Assembly (NCBI GenBank): GCA_965237675.1
Contig: OZ250150.1
Coordinates: 896,001 to 960,000, forward strand
Direction of reading: 5' to 3'
From: Candidatus Latescibacterota bacterium
GTDB taxonomy: Bacteria; Latescibacterota; UBA2968; GCA-2709665
Length of the DNA stretch: 64,000 bases
Below, piece after piece: positions 30,147 through 39,857 of this stretch (its first letter is position 1; every line of letters begins with the position of its first letter). The notes beneath the pieces were generated by a model, which saw only the letters and a list, made by a program, of their open reading frames with translations, was not told the origin of the DNA and made no database searches. The position numbers were made by a program, and so were the translations under genes.

Positions 30147-30521
30147 CTATTCCCCTTGGTTCTGTCCTTGAAGAACGGTCAGTGCATCCCACGTCGCCGG
30201 AAATCCGCCGAAAGCGCTCATCTGCAACATGACCTCCTCAATCTCCGTCCTTGTGGATCCACAACCAAGGGCTCGGTCGATGTGAACAGCAAGTTGTTCC
30301 GGCCTGCCGAGAACCGTCAAGGCCGCGATCGTGCACAGCAGACGGGTCTTGATGTCCAGCCCGTCCCGTCCGTACAGGTCATACATCACGTGCTCCATCA
30401 CGAGTCGCTCGAACTCGGGATGAAGTGTGCGCATCTTCTTGGCAGCGGCCTCTGCAGCGGCCTCTCCGACCATCGTCGAGAGAACTCTGCGCCCTGCTTC
30501 GTAGCGTTCACTTTCAGTCAT
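30147..30521 (-). CDS. Carboxymuconolactone decarboxylase family protein
   Basis: YGRDGLDIKTRLLCTIAAL, QLAVHIDRAL, EIEEVMLQ..FGGFP. Confidence 0.9.
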   Translation of the reverse strand: MTESERYEAGRRVLSTMVGEAAAEAAAKKMRTLHPEFERLVMEHVMYDLYGRDGLDIKTRLLCTIAALTVLGRPEQLAVHIDRALGCGSTRTEIEEVMLQMSAFGGFPATWDALTVLQGQNQGE

Positions 30522-30544
30522 ACTTCCTCCCCCTTGGGTGTCGA

Positions 30545-30725
30545 TTAAAATTTCGACCGTGCTGTCGCCGCAGTAGCAGGCAGCCTACATCGCAGGTGCC
30601 AGTCTGCGTCTTCAAGCGCCTCGTAGACCACGCCGCCCCCCACCTGCTCGGGCATGGGGATGCCGAGCAAGTAGCACAGCGTCGGCGCGACATCCACCGC
30701 CCGCACCTGCCGACTGAGCGCCAGC
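30545..30725 (-). pseudogene. C-terminal fragment of an alkaline-phosphatase-superfamily protein
   Basis: VDVAPTLCYLLGIPMPEQVGG; N-terminal part missing. Confidence 0.6.
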
Positions 30726-30781
30726 AGCCCCTCAGCTCGATTCAGCCACGGGTTCAGCCTGGATGTACCCCGATAAATCAT

Positions 30782-32197
30782 TCATACAAACAGCTCATGT
30801 ACCAGCGTCCGAGCCCGCTCGACCACGGTTTCGAGGCAGCCGGGGGTGAGCTTGGCCCAGTAGGTAACGTCTTCGTTGGCCTCGTGTCCGCCTCGGGCGT
30901 AGGCTGCCCGCGTCGGCAGGTAGCCGACATAGTGGGTCGTGAGGTGCGCTGGAAAGAGAAAAGGTGCCGCTGAGTTCGTTTTGAGTGCGAGTTGTCCTTC
31001 GACAAAAGGTTCTCCAGGCAGGCCGATAACGCCGAGGTCGCCGATGCGGAAAGCCTGGATTTCATAGGGGAACTCGGAGTCCCGCTGCCGGCATAGTTCG
31101 ACGCTGCGGGTCGAAGCGGCCCGAAACCAGTGCCGATCCACTTCGCCGTTTGCTCCGCGCGGCGGTTGTGGATTCTCAGTGAGAGTCGCATTGACCTCGC
31201 ACAAGCGCTCGGCCGGAATCTCGCGGAAGGGCAGGCCGACCTTTTCGACTCTGCAAGCCAACGCAGCGTTATTGGCAAACGTCATATTGTGAACAATTCG
31301 TTCGCTCATCCGGGCCAATTCGCGCCCCATTCGCTGGTGGTCCGGCCGGCAATCCGGGTCGAAAGGATGCCAGGGGTTGATGTTGCCGCAACAGCCGTTG
31401 ACGACCAACGGCACTGCGTCGGAGCCGAACAGCTGCTGCATCTGCCGCGTCCAGGCGCCAGGCCAATCCGCCGACACCGCCCGGTAGGTCTCGGGATTTC
31501 CGAACGCATTGACCGGGTGACAGGTGTAGTGCAGGAGAAAGGCCAGCGGCCGCATATCCATGTCCTGGACGCAGCACACGCCGACTTCCGGGTCCATCGG
31601 CCCTTCGAGATAGCAGATATCCGCGTTCCCGAACGGCTGTTGTTCCCGACCCAGCGGCTTGGGCATGGCGATGCCGCCGTCCCGGCGTATGCCGCGGCGA
31701 TTGAAAGCCAGGTCCCCCAAGACGCCACGCCCCAAACCGATGCGCACGGGTTGCAGCTTGCCCACCGCTTCGACCGCGGCCTCCACTGCGGCGGCGGCAG
31801 TCCGGTCGCCGTAGGCGCGCTCGCCTCCGCGCAGATACTCCGTCTCCGCGTTGGTCTCCAAAGGGAAATCCGGATCCAGCATAAAGTAGCCGAGGCTCGG
31901 GGCGGAGTGCGTCTGGGTCGCCTGGACCATGATCGCCTCCGGTGCGATGCCCGTATGCTCGCCGATAACGGCGCGGATCCGGTCCGTGTAGTCCCAGGTG
32001 ACAATGGTGAGATCCAGGATCACCATGCAGACGCGCCGCTGGCCGACTTCAAAAACGATGGCCTTTGCAAAGAGCGGATCCATCACGGCCTGGGCCGGGC
32101 GGTGCTCGCCAGCCCCGCTTCCCGCCAGATGCGTCCCCGGCGGTGGCGTGATGTCAATCATCGCCGCTCCGGCTCTCAACAGGTTGGTCTCGTGCAT
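30782..32197 (-). CDS. Neutral/alkaline ceramidase-like protein
   Basis: AGAAMIDITP, DPLFAKA, ATQTHSAP, YTCHP, SADWPG, GCCGNINP, GLPGEPF, GYLPT. Confidence 0.85.
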   Translation of the reverse strand: MHETNLLRAGAAMIDITPPPGTHLAGSGAGEHRPAQAVMDPLFAKAIVFEVGQRRVCMVILDLTIVTWDYTDRIRAVIGEHTGIAPEAIMVQATQTHSAPSLGYFMLDPDFPLETNAETEYLRGGERAYGDRTAAAAVEAAVEAVGKLQPVRIGLGRGVLGDLAFNRRGIRRDGGIAMPKPLGREQQPFGNADICYLEGPMDPEVGVCCVQDMDMRPLAFLLHYTCHPVNAFGNPETYRAVSADWPGAWTRQMQQLFGSDAVPLVVNGCCGNINPWHPFDPDCRPDHQRMGRELARMSERIVHNMTFANNAALACRVEKVGLPFREIPAERLCEVNATLTENPQPPRGANGEVDRHWFRAASTRSVELCRQRDSEFPYEIQAFRIGDLGVIGLPGEPFVEGQLALKTNSAAPFLFPAHLTTHYVGYLPTRAAYARGGHEANEDVTYWAKLTPGCLETVVERARTLVHELFV

Positions 32198-32357
32198 GGT
32201 TTCTCCTTTCGGCTCCGAGGGCGTCAAAGCGCACAAAAGGCTCGGCGTCGGTCAGCGCCTCGGGTGCAATGGCAGGTTAAACGGAATTTTGGCTGATTTG
32301 GAAAGGATCCAGGCGGTCACGCGAACGTGTGCGTTGTTCGGCCTGAGGAAAAATAAG

Positions 32358-32454
32358 GTGCCGATATCGGTAATATGCAATTCGCCGAAAACGTACGCAA
32401 GGATCCAGCGGGGTCCCTCATGAATCGCTTGTCGTCCCACAGAATCGTTCGGGA
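32358..32454 (+). repeat. Repeat family B, copy 3
   Basis: GTGCCGATATCGGTAATATGCAATTCGCCGAAAACGTACGCAAGGATCC...ATGAATCGCTTGTCGTCCCACAGAATCG. Confidence 0.85.
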
Positions 32455-32774
32455 ATGCTCAGAGTACCGCGGTAAAGGATTTTGTCGCGTTTCAGGGATC
32501 GGCCTGGCACTTGAGGGCGCACTCCTCCGTACGGCTCACGCAGGGAGCGAATCGCGTAGGAGGTCAGGCGGCGAACTCGAACTGCGGCGGAGGGGGTAGG
32601 GAGACGATTCAATATTGGCAAAACGGAGGGAGCAGCTCGTTCTTCCTGAACCGTACTTCCAACGGGGCTATGGGTTGCTATACACCCAGCACATTGAGCA
32701 GGCGCACTTGGGCTTTGATTTTGATTTCCTTTAGTTATACCTTTACTGTTAAATTATTGAAGGAGAAAAGCAGA

Positions 32775-32930
32775 ATGCTCGAAGAACAGTATCAAAAAGG
32801 CGTTGAACAGTTTTCAAGAATGGTTGGCACCAATAAAATAGACGAGTTAAGGGAGAAATTCAGGTCGTTATCTCCGGATTTTGAAAAGTGAGTGATGGGA
32901 GTAGTTGGCGGTGAGATTTGGAGCCGTCCA
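32775..32930 (+). pseudogene. Truncated carboxymuconolactone decarboxylase family gene
   Basis: MLEEQYQKG...SPDFEK*VMGVVGGEIWSRP, then similarity ends. Confidence 0.65.
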
Positions 32931-33052
32931 ACCGCAAGGGCAAAAACAAGCAGCGCCGCACCGCGGCCCAGCAAGCAGAACGCATGGCGCGCATCGGCGA
33001 CCCTCATGGAGGAGTGGGTGGAGGCCGAGGAAGCCATGGATAAAGGAGACCC

Positions 33053-33439
33053 ATGAAACGCAGAAACATACCGACTAGCAGCCCGTTTGGCGCGGAGTTT
33101 GGTTATTCGCGCGCCGTGCGCGTGGACCGGCACGTCCACGTCGCTGGCACCTGCGCCCAGCCGCCGCAGGACCAGGGCGATGCCTACGAGCAGGCCAAAG
33201 GCGCATTGCAGATCATCGACAAGGCGCTCGTCAAAACCGGTGCCAGCCTCGGCGATGTGGTGCGGACGGTCGTGTACATCACCGATGTGACCCATGCCGC
33301 TGGCGTCACCCGCGCTCACCGCGAGGTGTTTGGCGAGATCTTGCCGGCTTCGACCTTGGTCGTCATAGCTGCGCTGCTAAAGCCGCATCTGGTCGTCGAG
33401 ATCGAAGCCTACGCCATTTTGCCCACCGAAAGTACGTGA
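33053..33439 (+). CDS. RidA/YjgF family protein
   Basis: GYSRAVRV, VAGT, DVVRTVVY, PASTLV, VEIEAYA. Confidence 0.9.
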   Translation: MKRRNIPTSSPFGAEFGYSRAVRVDRHVHVAGTCAQPPQDQGDAYEQAKGALQIIDKALVKTGASLGDVVRTVVYITDVTHAAGVTRAHREVFGEILPASTLVVIAALLKPHLVVEIEAYAILPTEST

Positions 33440-33899
33440 ACAAAGACCGCCAAGTCCAGTCTATTGGCGTGTTGGGCTGCGGACCATCTACCAATTTGCC
33501 CACTTTGAGTCGTGCATCAAGGCCCGCAATACGCGGCCGTACGCGCTTTGCGACCAAGCGCCGGACTTGGTCGAGCGCATGGACTACCACGAGGGCTTTC
33601 ACATCTACGGAGAACACGGCAGCGTCGTCGGCAAAACCTACCTGCCGTGGTTTTTGAAATCCAGCGATGTCGAGTGCTTCTCCACGCGAGACGGTCAGTA
33701 CCACCGGCCTTTAGGAGCCGACGCGCATTTCTACCGACTCCAGCTCGAAGGTTTTGCCGATGCAGTCCTCCACGGCGCGCCCCAAATGGGGGCTGATGTG
33801 GAGGATGGAACTCAAGCTATGCGGGCGATGGCCGCCATTGCCCGCTCGGTCGCAAGCGGCGATTGGGTCCGCTTGGAGACCGTCACCGGCGGCGTCTAA
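33436..33899 (+). pseudogene. Gfo/Idh/MocA oxidoreductase remnant with internal deletion
   Basis: IGVLGCGP N-terminal motif joined out of frame to C-terminal EGFHIYGEHGS...QLEGFADAVL...AIARS. Confidence 0.7.
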
Positions 33900-33911
33900 C
33901 ACAGCGGATCA

Positions 33912-35456
33912 ATGCCCATGTTCTCGGCTGGCCCTCGCTTATGGCCTCTCTATTTGCTCGGAGGCGTCGTCGTCCTGGCGCTCCTGTTGATCTGGTTGCC
34001 CGAAGCCCCCCATCGCCAGCAACAGGTCATGCGCACCATGGCCACCTTCATTCTCGCGATTTTCTTTGCTTTGCTCTGGTTGCTCTTCGCGTCGCGGCTG
34101 GCCTGGGGACAGCGCCTGCGCTATTTCGGCGGTATCGTCCTCGTCATTGCGCTTGGGATCGGGTTTTTTCGCGTTAAGGGTATGAGCGGCGACTTCGCAC
34201 CGATCCTCGAATGGCGTTGGAGTACTGAGGACGAAGCCACCGCTGTCGAAGGAGGGGACGCCACCGCGCTCGACGCCCGCGATTGGCCGCAATTTCTCGG
34301 CCCCGAGCGCAACAACCGCCTCCGCGGCGTCCACCTCGAGCGCGACTGGGCCAAGCACCCGCCGCGCGAAATCTGGCGTCGCCCCGTCGGCGCAGCTTGG
34401 TCCTCCTTTGCCATTGTCGGCGGCCGGGCCGTAACTCAGGAGCAACACGGCCCCGAGGAGCAGGTCGTCTGCTACGACTTGGCAACGGGCCGCAAGCTCT
34501 GGCACCACGCCGACTCGACTCGCTACGAGACCGCCATTGCCGGCATCGGCCCGCGCGCTACGCCCACTATCGCTGGAGACCGGGTTTTCACGCTGGGCGC
34601 TACTGGCATCCTCAACTGCCTGGATCTGGCCAGCGGGGCGCTGATTTGGTCGCGGGACATCCTCGCCGACAATCAGGCTAAGGCCCATATGTGGGGCATT
34701 AGCTGTTCGCCGTTGGTTCTCGACACCTTGGTCGTGGTCAGTGCCGGAGGCCCGGATGAGCGCTCGCTAGTGGCCTATCACCGCCAAAACGGCGCGTTTG
34801 TCTGGGGCGGGGGCACAGACAAGGCCGGCTTCAGTTCACCGCGTCTGGTCACGTTGGCTGGACGCGAGCAGATCCTGATCTTCAACAACCACAGCGTTGT
34901 CGCGCACGATCCGCAGAGCGGAGCTCCCCTCTGGCGTCAGCCTTGGGATCGGGCCGAATGCATTGCCAATCCCCTGCCCTTGCCCGGGGACCGGGTTCTG
35001 GTCTCCACCGGCTACGGCATTGGAGCCAAGCTGTATCAAGTGAATGCCGCGCCCAACGGCGAGTTGACGACCGATATCGTCTGGAAAAGCCCCCGGATCA
35101 AGGCCAAATTTGCCAACATGGTCTATCGCGATGGTTTTGTCTATGGCCTCGACGATGGGGTGCTGGTCTGCCTCGACCCGCAAGACGGTAAGCGTCGCTG
35201 GAAGCGCGGGCGCTACGGCCACGGCCAGCTCATTCTGATAGACGATATCCTTCTGATAATGAGCGAATCGGGTGACGTGTTACTGGTCGAGGCTCGCCCC
35301 GACCGCCACGTAGAACTAGCGCGCATGACGGCCTTCGACGGCAAAACCTGGAATCCCCCGGCCTTTGCCACACCCTATCTGTTAGTGCGCACGGACAGCG
35401 AGGCCGCCTGCTACGAGCTGTCGCTTGCAAACGGTGCTCAGGCGCAGCGCTTCTAA
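33912..35456 (+). CDS. Membrane-anchored PQQ-like beta-propeller protein
   Basis: Three TM segments, DWPQFLGP, GPRATP, repeated DxxxG..W motifs, GKTWNPP. Confidence 0.88.
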   Translation: MPMFSAGPRLWPLYLLGGVVVLALLLIWLPEAPHRQQQVMRTMATFILAIFFALLWLLFASRLAWGQRLRYFGGIVLVIALGIGFFRVKGMSGDFAPILEWRWSTEDEATAVEGGDATALDARDWPQFLGPERNNRLRGVHLERDWAKHPPREIWRRPVGAAWSSFAIVGGRAVTQEQHGPEEQVVCYDLATGRKLWHHADSTRYETAIAGIGPRATPTIAGDRVFTLGATGILNCLDLASGALIWSRDILADNQAKAHMWGISCSPLVLDTLVVVSAGGPDERSLVAYHRQNGAFVWGGGTDKAGFSSPRLVTLAGREQILIFNNHSVVAHDPQSGAPLWRQPWDRAECIANPLPLPGDRVLVSTGYGIGAKLYQVNAAPNGELTTDIVWKSPRIKAKFANMVYRDGFVYGLDDGVLVCLDPQDGKRRWKRGRYGHGQLILIDDILLIMSESGDVLLVEARPDRHVELARMTAFDGKTWNPPAFATPYLLVRTDSEAACYELSLANGAQAQRF

Positions 35457-35515
35457 CAGGGCCATGGATTTTCCCGCTACCCCGCCAATCGCGACTCTAA
35501 TAACCGGGCACTTGT

Positions 35516-35810
35516 ATGGAGGAAAGTCATGGCAGACTATTCGCACATTCAAAAGCCGGACTTGGGCTACCGCCGGGTGCTTGCGAGGTGCTCGACTACG
35601 AGCCCTTCATGGTTATTAACCGGCACCTGATTGCCACCGACGAGTTGACGATCCACCGCTCGGCTGCCATCATCCGCCGGACCGGTTCGGCTCCCGTAGG
35701 GTGGCACACCGATTGGCGCAGCTATTCGACCGAAATCAAGCACTCGGGCGACGTCCTCAATCGCGGACTGTGGCCGTCGGGCAAGTGGTTCTACCTGACC
35801 GGGTCGCGGC
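35516..35810 (+). pseudogene. PhyH-family fragment
   Basis: GWHTDW, KWFYLTG; lacks both termini. Confidence 0.5.
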
Positions 35811-35832
35811 GACGAAATTACTCATTCGGACC

Positions 35833-36558
35833 TCACTGCGTCAGCGAATTCAAGTGTTCGAGAATTTCTTCCTGTTCGGCTAAATCAAACTGATTCGAGC
35901 CGATGTACATATATCTGATAGTGCCGAGTCTATCAATGATAAACGTCGCCGGGCGGGCAATGCTGTTGCTGAGATTGTGATCCGCCAGGCCGATCCAGTT
36001 GTGTAAAGGATAGCCGAGATTGTCGATGATGAACGTCGCGGGGCGGACGATGTTGTAAGCGAGGTTGTGCATCGCCAGGCCGAACCCGTGATATACCCCA
36101 TAACTCTTGATGATGCTCCAGTCTTCGTCCGCCAAAAGAGGATAGGTGATGCCACTGCGCTCGGCGTATTCGCGCAGTTCGCAAAGCTGCTGACCTGCGG
36201 CGATAGCAATAGATGTCGCGTTACGTTCGGCGTACGCGTCTATATGTTCTTGCACAGTCGCCAACTGACGACGGCTTCTCCTTCACCAGGTCCCCCGAAA
36301 AAACGTCAGCACGACGTGTTCTTTTTCCCGATGCGATGCCAGCGACACGTATCGTTGCTGTTGTGAGGGGAGGGTAAATAAGGGGGCCGTATCGTCCACG
36401 CTGAGGACCCGTAGCTTGTACCGCGCAGTGAACCGCCGGCGCTTCGCCTTCTCTGACACTTCCGGGTCAGGGCGGGGCGCCTCGGTAGCAGTCCCTTCGC
36501 TCCGCTCCGGAACTGCTACCGACACCTGCTCCTGTCGGCCGTTGTCCATACTCATCAT
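35833..36558 (-). CDS. AhpC/TSA-like selenoprotein (TGA 36283-36285) with N-terminus fused to an IS3 orfA fragment
   Basis: APLFTL...VVLTFFRGTW-TGA-RRSRRQL continues in frame to YPLLAD and RPATFIID; SECIS-like hairpin 10 nt after TGA. Confidence 0.75.
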
Positions 36559-36635
36559 CTCTTGCTCTCCTCTCCGCCCTCAAGACTACACTAAACTCGG
36601 ATGGGGAGTTGTCTCACTCTATATTGGCACGTAGG
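36405..36635 (-). mobile_element. IS3-family 5' remnant
   Basis: PDPEVSEKAKRRRFTARYKLRVL resembles IS3 orfA; end-like ACTCTATATTGGCACGTAGG also occurs near 50925. Confidence 0.6.
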
Positions 36636-36715
36636 GATATAATATTTACATTTGACAAACGATCTCCAAAAGGCTATATCATAAGTAGGAAGTTAGCCAA
36701 CAAAAGGGATCGGAA

Positions 36716-37336
36716 ATGGAACAGAAAAAGACGACATACAAGCCGATTAAGGATATGAGTATTTTCCAATTTAGCAAGCGGTTTCCGAATGAAGCTGTTG
36801 CCATATCTTATGTCGAAAACCTGCGATGGAAAGATGGGATTTACTGTCCGCATTGTGGGGTTATCGGCAATGTTCAGAAAACGAAAAACGGCAAGCCGCA
36901 ACCTTATCGCTGTCGAGAATGCCGCAAGCATTTTTCAGTAAGGACCGGAACGATCATGGCGCAGTCCAACCTGCGATTGACAACGTTTCTCAATGCTATC
37001 TATCTTATCATCACACATCGCAAGGGTGTGCCGAGCACTATGCTTGCCAGGGAGTTGGGTGTTACGCAAAAGACAGCATGGCATCTGGCCCACAGAATTC
37101 GTAAAGCGTTGGAGATGAAGGGCGGTTTGTTCTCCGGACCGGTAGAGGTTGACGAAACCTATATTGGCGGCAAGGAACGGAACAAACATTCTTCCAAGAA
37201 GTTGCATGCTGGCCGTGGTACTGTTGGCAAGACTGCGGTTGTGGCAGTGCGAGATCGTGAAGATGGTAAGGTTAAAGCCAGGCTGGTACAGGGAACGGAT
37301 AAAAGGAAGTGGACCCCATCGTCAAGACCAATTTGA
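36716..37336 (+). mobile_element. IS1595-family transposase, 3'-truncated
   Basis: Zn ribbon CPHC...CRECRKHFSVRTGT, GVTQKTAW, VEVDETYIGG. Confidence 0.9.
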
Positions 37337-37375
37337 GGCGAATTTAAGGTGGATATGTTTTTGGTTTTCGATAGG

Positions 37376-37477
37376 GTTCTTCTTTGCGGCCCGTGCAACC
37401 GGCTGAAGAGCAATGTGTATACGCTTTCAGGGTTAAGGCGGGAGAACAAGAAGCGGAGATATTTGTACAACGGATAA
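37376..37477 (+). pseudogene. C-terminal HNH-like fragment
   Basis: VLLCGPCNRLKSNVYTLSGLRRENKK-stop (CxxCN). Confidence 0.55.
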
Positions 37478-37489
37478 AGGGGGTACAAG

Positions 37490-37696
37490 ATGGGTGCTGT
37501 TACCGTTGTGATGGGTTTGATTAATCGAGTAGTAAAAGGGGAGCGTCCTGAGGTTGTCGTTCGAGAGGCGGCGGAAGATCCCTTTCTGGCCCGATCTCTT
37601 CAGATTGATGAGGATATTCGTACCGGGCGGAACCGTCCGTTATCACCGGAGGAACAGCGCCGGTTTATTGAACGAGTAAGAAGGGGCGGGAAGTGA
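37490..37696 (+). CDS. Small protein, putative antitoxin
   Basis: 68 aa; overlaps the downstream RelE-like gene (GTGA); EDIRTGR..PL motif. Confidence 0.45.
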   Translation: MGAVTVVMGLINRVVKGERPEVVVREAAEDPFLARSLQIDEDIRTGRNRPLSPEEQRRFIERVRRGGK

Positions 37697-38055
37697 ATGA
37701 GGGGCGCGAGAGGCAACGGACCAGAAAAGCAGAGACGCCCGTTGAACAACCCAAACCGGAAGCACCACCGGTAGAGCAAGAGGTTATCATCTATCGGCGT
37801 GTTTCACGGTTTATAGAGAGGAAATTGCAACCAAAAGTACAGACACGTGCGCTTGCGGCGATTGATTCTCTCAAAGTCCCCACAAATATACGGGGGTCGG
37901 TAAAGATAGAGGGACGACCTGCCAACGATCCCATGTTCAGGATTGATAAAGATGCTTATAGGATCTTCTACAAGCGTCTTGAGGGCAAGGTTCATGTGGT
38001 AGACATGGAGAATCGGCAAGGTGCTTATGACAAGGGTCGCACGAGGAAACGCTGA
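37693..38055 (+). CDS. RelE/ParE-like toxin
   Basis: Basic; KIEG...FRIDKDAYRIFY...VVDMENRQGAY resembles the RelE RxRxGxYRIxY...HRxxxY pattern. Confidence 0.65.
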   Translation: MNEGRERQRTRKAETPVEQPKPEAPPVEQEVIIYRRVSRFIERKLQPKVQTRALAAIDSLKVPTNIRGSVKIEGRPANDPMFRIDKDAYRIFYKRLEGKVHVVDMENRQGAYDKGRTRKR

Positions 38056-38110
38056 TCTCCACAAGATGGGGACAGTGATATTAGATTCCATAGACGTTGC
38101 GGGGAAGGCA

Positions 38111-38305
38111 ATGAAAAAGACAGGCAAGCGCAGGGCGGCAACCAAAGGAAGAATTAAGGTTGCAAAGTCTTCGTACAGTCCCACGAAGGCGGAGACGGAA
38201 GAGTTGGTAAAGATTCCAAAGAAGTTGGAAGGTGCGTCTTTTGACGCTTTTGTGAGTGTTGCGATAAGGCCAGTTGAAGTTAAGGAGTCGGACAAGCCGA
38301 AATAA
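38111..38305 (+). CDS. Small basic hypothetical protein (probable IS1595 passenger)
   Basis: ATG 38111 after GGGGAAGG; YSPTKAETEE motif. Confidence 0.4.
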   Translation: MKKTGKRRAATKGRIKVAKSSYSPTKAETEELVKIPKKLEGASFDAFVSVAIRPVEVKESDKPK

Positions 38306-38363
38306 TTAGATTTTCCTCGTGTGCAAACTTCACTTCCCGTCGGCTAACATTGTATATAGTTCC

Positions 38364-38572
38364 CATTGTAAAGGATTTCGGCGCGTTTCCGGCGTCAACC
38401 CGATACTCCCGCCACACGTCTCCCCGGCAGTCCCGCTCCTGCGGAGCGCAGATGCCCGGACCTGTCCCATTTCCCGCCAGATTCCCCTTGCCTGTGAAGG
38501 AGAGAACGTCGTATTTTCTTCCTATACGCCAACAATACACCAGGCTTGCAACGGCTCCGCAGGGTTGCGCCA
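38364..38572 (+). repeat. Repeat family A (MITE-like), copy left of the methylase island
   Basis: Near-identical direct repeat of 45015-45224. Confidence 0.92.
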
Positions 38573-38699
38573 TATCCAGAACATTTCAACGGAGGCACGA
38601 GGTGATCCAGAGAGGTCTTTCGGAAATCCTTTCTGTTCAGACCCTGTTCCCTCCATTTGATTCAATTGCCTAAGTCCAACGACATCAGGTGTAGGTGTT

Positions 38700-39857
38700 A
38701 TGGGTAATCGTGAAGCTCACTATATCGTAGACCTGTTCAGTGGGGCAGGAGGCCTTAGTCTTGGCTGTGCCCGCGCAGGGTTTGTTGTTAGTGGCGCTAT
38801 TGATAACGATCCAAAGGCTAACGAAACTCACAAGCGTAACTTCCCAAACGCGGTACATGTAAACACAGATATTGCCGAACTTACCGGTACTGACCTAAAA
38901 CATGAATTGCATCTTAACGGCGAAACCATTATGGGGATTGTGGGCGGCCCTCCGTGTCAAGGCTTTAGCGCTATCGGTAGAAGGGACAAAAACGATATGC
39001 GCAATATGTCGTTCGTCCATTTCTTCCGCATAGTTTCTGAAGTCCAACCCAAGTTTTTCCTTGTCGAGAACGTGCCAGGAATCATGCATGACATGCATGA
39101 CGAAATCAGAGAGCAGGCATTCTCTCTCGTCGACGACAACTATGATGTTTTGTCTGAAATGTACTTGTCGGCAAATGAATACGGGGCTCCGACTAATCGG
39201 AAGCGAGTCTTTTTCTTTGGATATCGCACCGACGAGATGGACCCTCTGACGATTGACAGCTTTGATCCTCCTTTGGACGCAGAAACCGTTCATGTGAAGG
39301 ATGCCCTGTGTGGATTGCCTACGAGAATAGACCCCGAGTGGCAAAAGGAAGAACAGAGCTGGCAGGTTGTTGGCATCTCCCCGAACGGCAGCTTCGGACA
39401 AAGACTCCACGGACACATCCCCTCCGGTGTCGGCGACCAGGACGCTATTCGCCGGCTATTGAGTAAGAATGAAGTCTCCGGTTTCTTGGGCACCGCACAT
39501 ACAGCAGAAGTAGCTGACAGATACGCCAAGACCGAGTGCGGCCGATACGACTCCATCTCTAAGTCGTATCGACTCGATCCTGACGGCTTTTGCCGGACAT
39601 TGCGTGCGGGTACTGGTCCCGCCCAAGGTAGCTTCCAAGCGGTAAGGCCCATACACCCGACTGAAGCCCGAGTAATAACTCCACGTGAAGCCGCGAGACT
39701 TCAGGGCTTTCCTGATTGGTTTCAATTTTCCCCTACGAAATGGCATAGCTTCCGGCAAATCGGCAACAGCGTTAGTCCAATCCTCGCAGAACGAATCCTT
39801 AGAGTGGTAGCCAAGTCGCTGGGTATCCCCAATGCGACGGAGGACAAATGTGAATAA
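38700..39857 (+). CDS. DNA (cytosine-5)-methyltransferase
   Basis: DLFSGAGG, GGPPCQGFS, ENVPG, RKRVF, REAARLQGFP, QIGNSV. Confidence 0.96.
   Translation: MGNREAHYIVDLFSGAGGLSLGCARAGFVVSGAIDNDPKANETHKRNFPNAVHVNTDIAELTGTDLKHELHLNGETIMGIVGGPPCQGFSAIGRRDKNDMRNMSFVHFFRIVSEVQPKFFLVENVPGIMHDMHDEIREQAFSLVDDNYDVLSEMYLSANEYGAPTNRKRVFFFGYRTDEMDPLTIDSFDPPLDAETVHVKDALCGLPTRIDPEWQKEEQSWQVVGISPNGSFGQRLHGHIPSGVGDQDAIRRLLSKNEVSGFLGTAHTAEVADRYAKTECGRYDSISKSYRLDPDGFCRTLRAGTGPAQGSFQAVRPIHPTEARVITPREAARLQGFPDWFQFSPTKWHSFRQIGNSVSPILAERILRVVAKSLGIPNATEDKCE

Noticed and set aside
31130-32296. 388-aa plus-strand ORF
   Set aside because: Antisense shadow of the ceramidase-like gene, as expected in high-GC DNA. The same applies to 7371-8804, 45047-46282 and 58247-59392.
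32889-32891. In-frame TGA in the CMD-like fragment as a third selenocysteine
   Set aside because: The position is not a Cys site in the family pattern, no CAGTT-type hairpin follows, and the gene is truncated shortly after; treated as a nonsense mutation.
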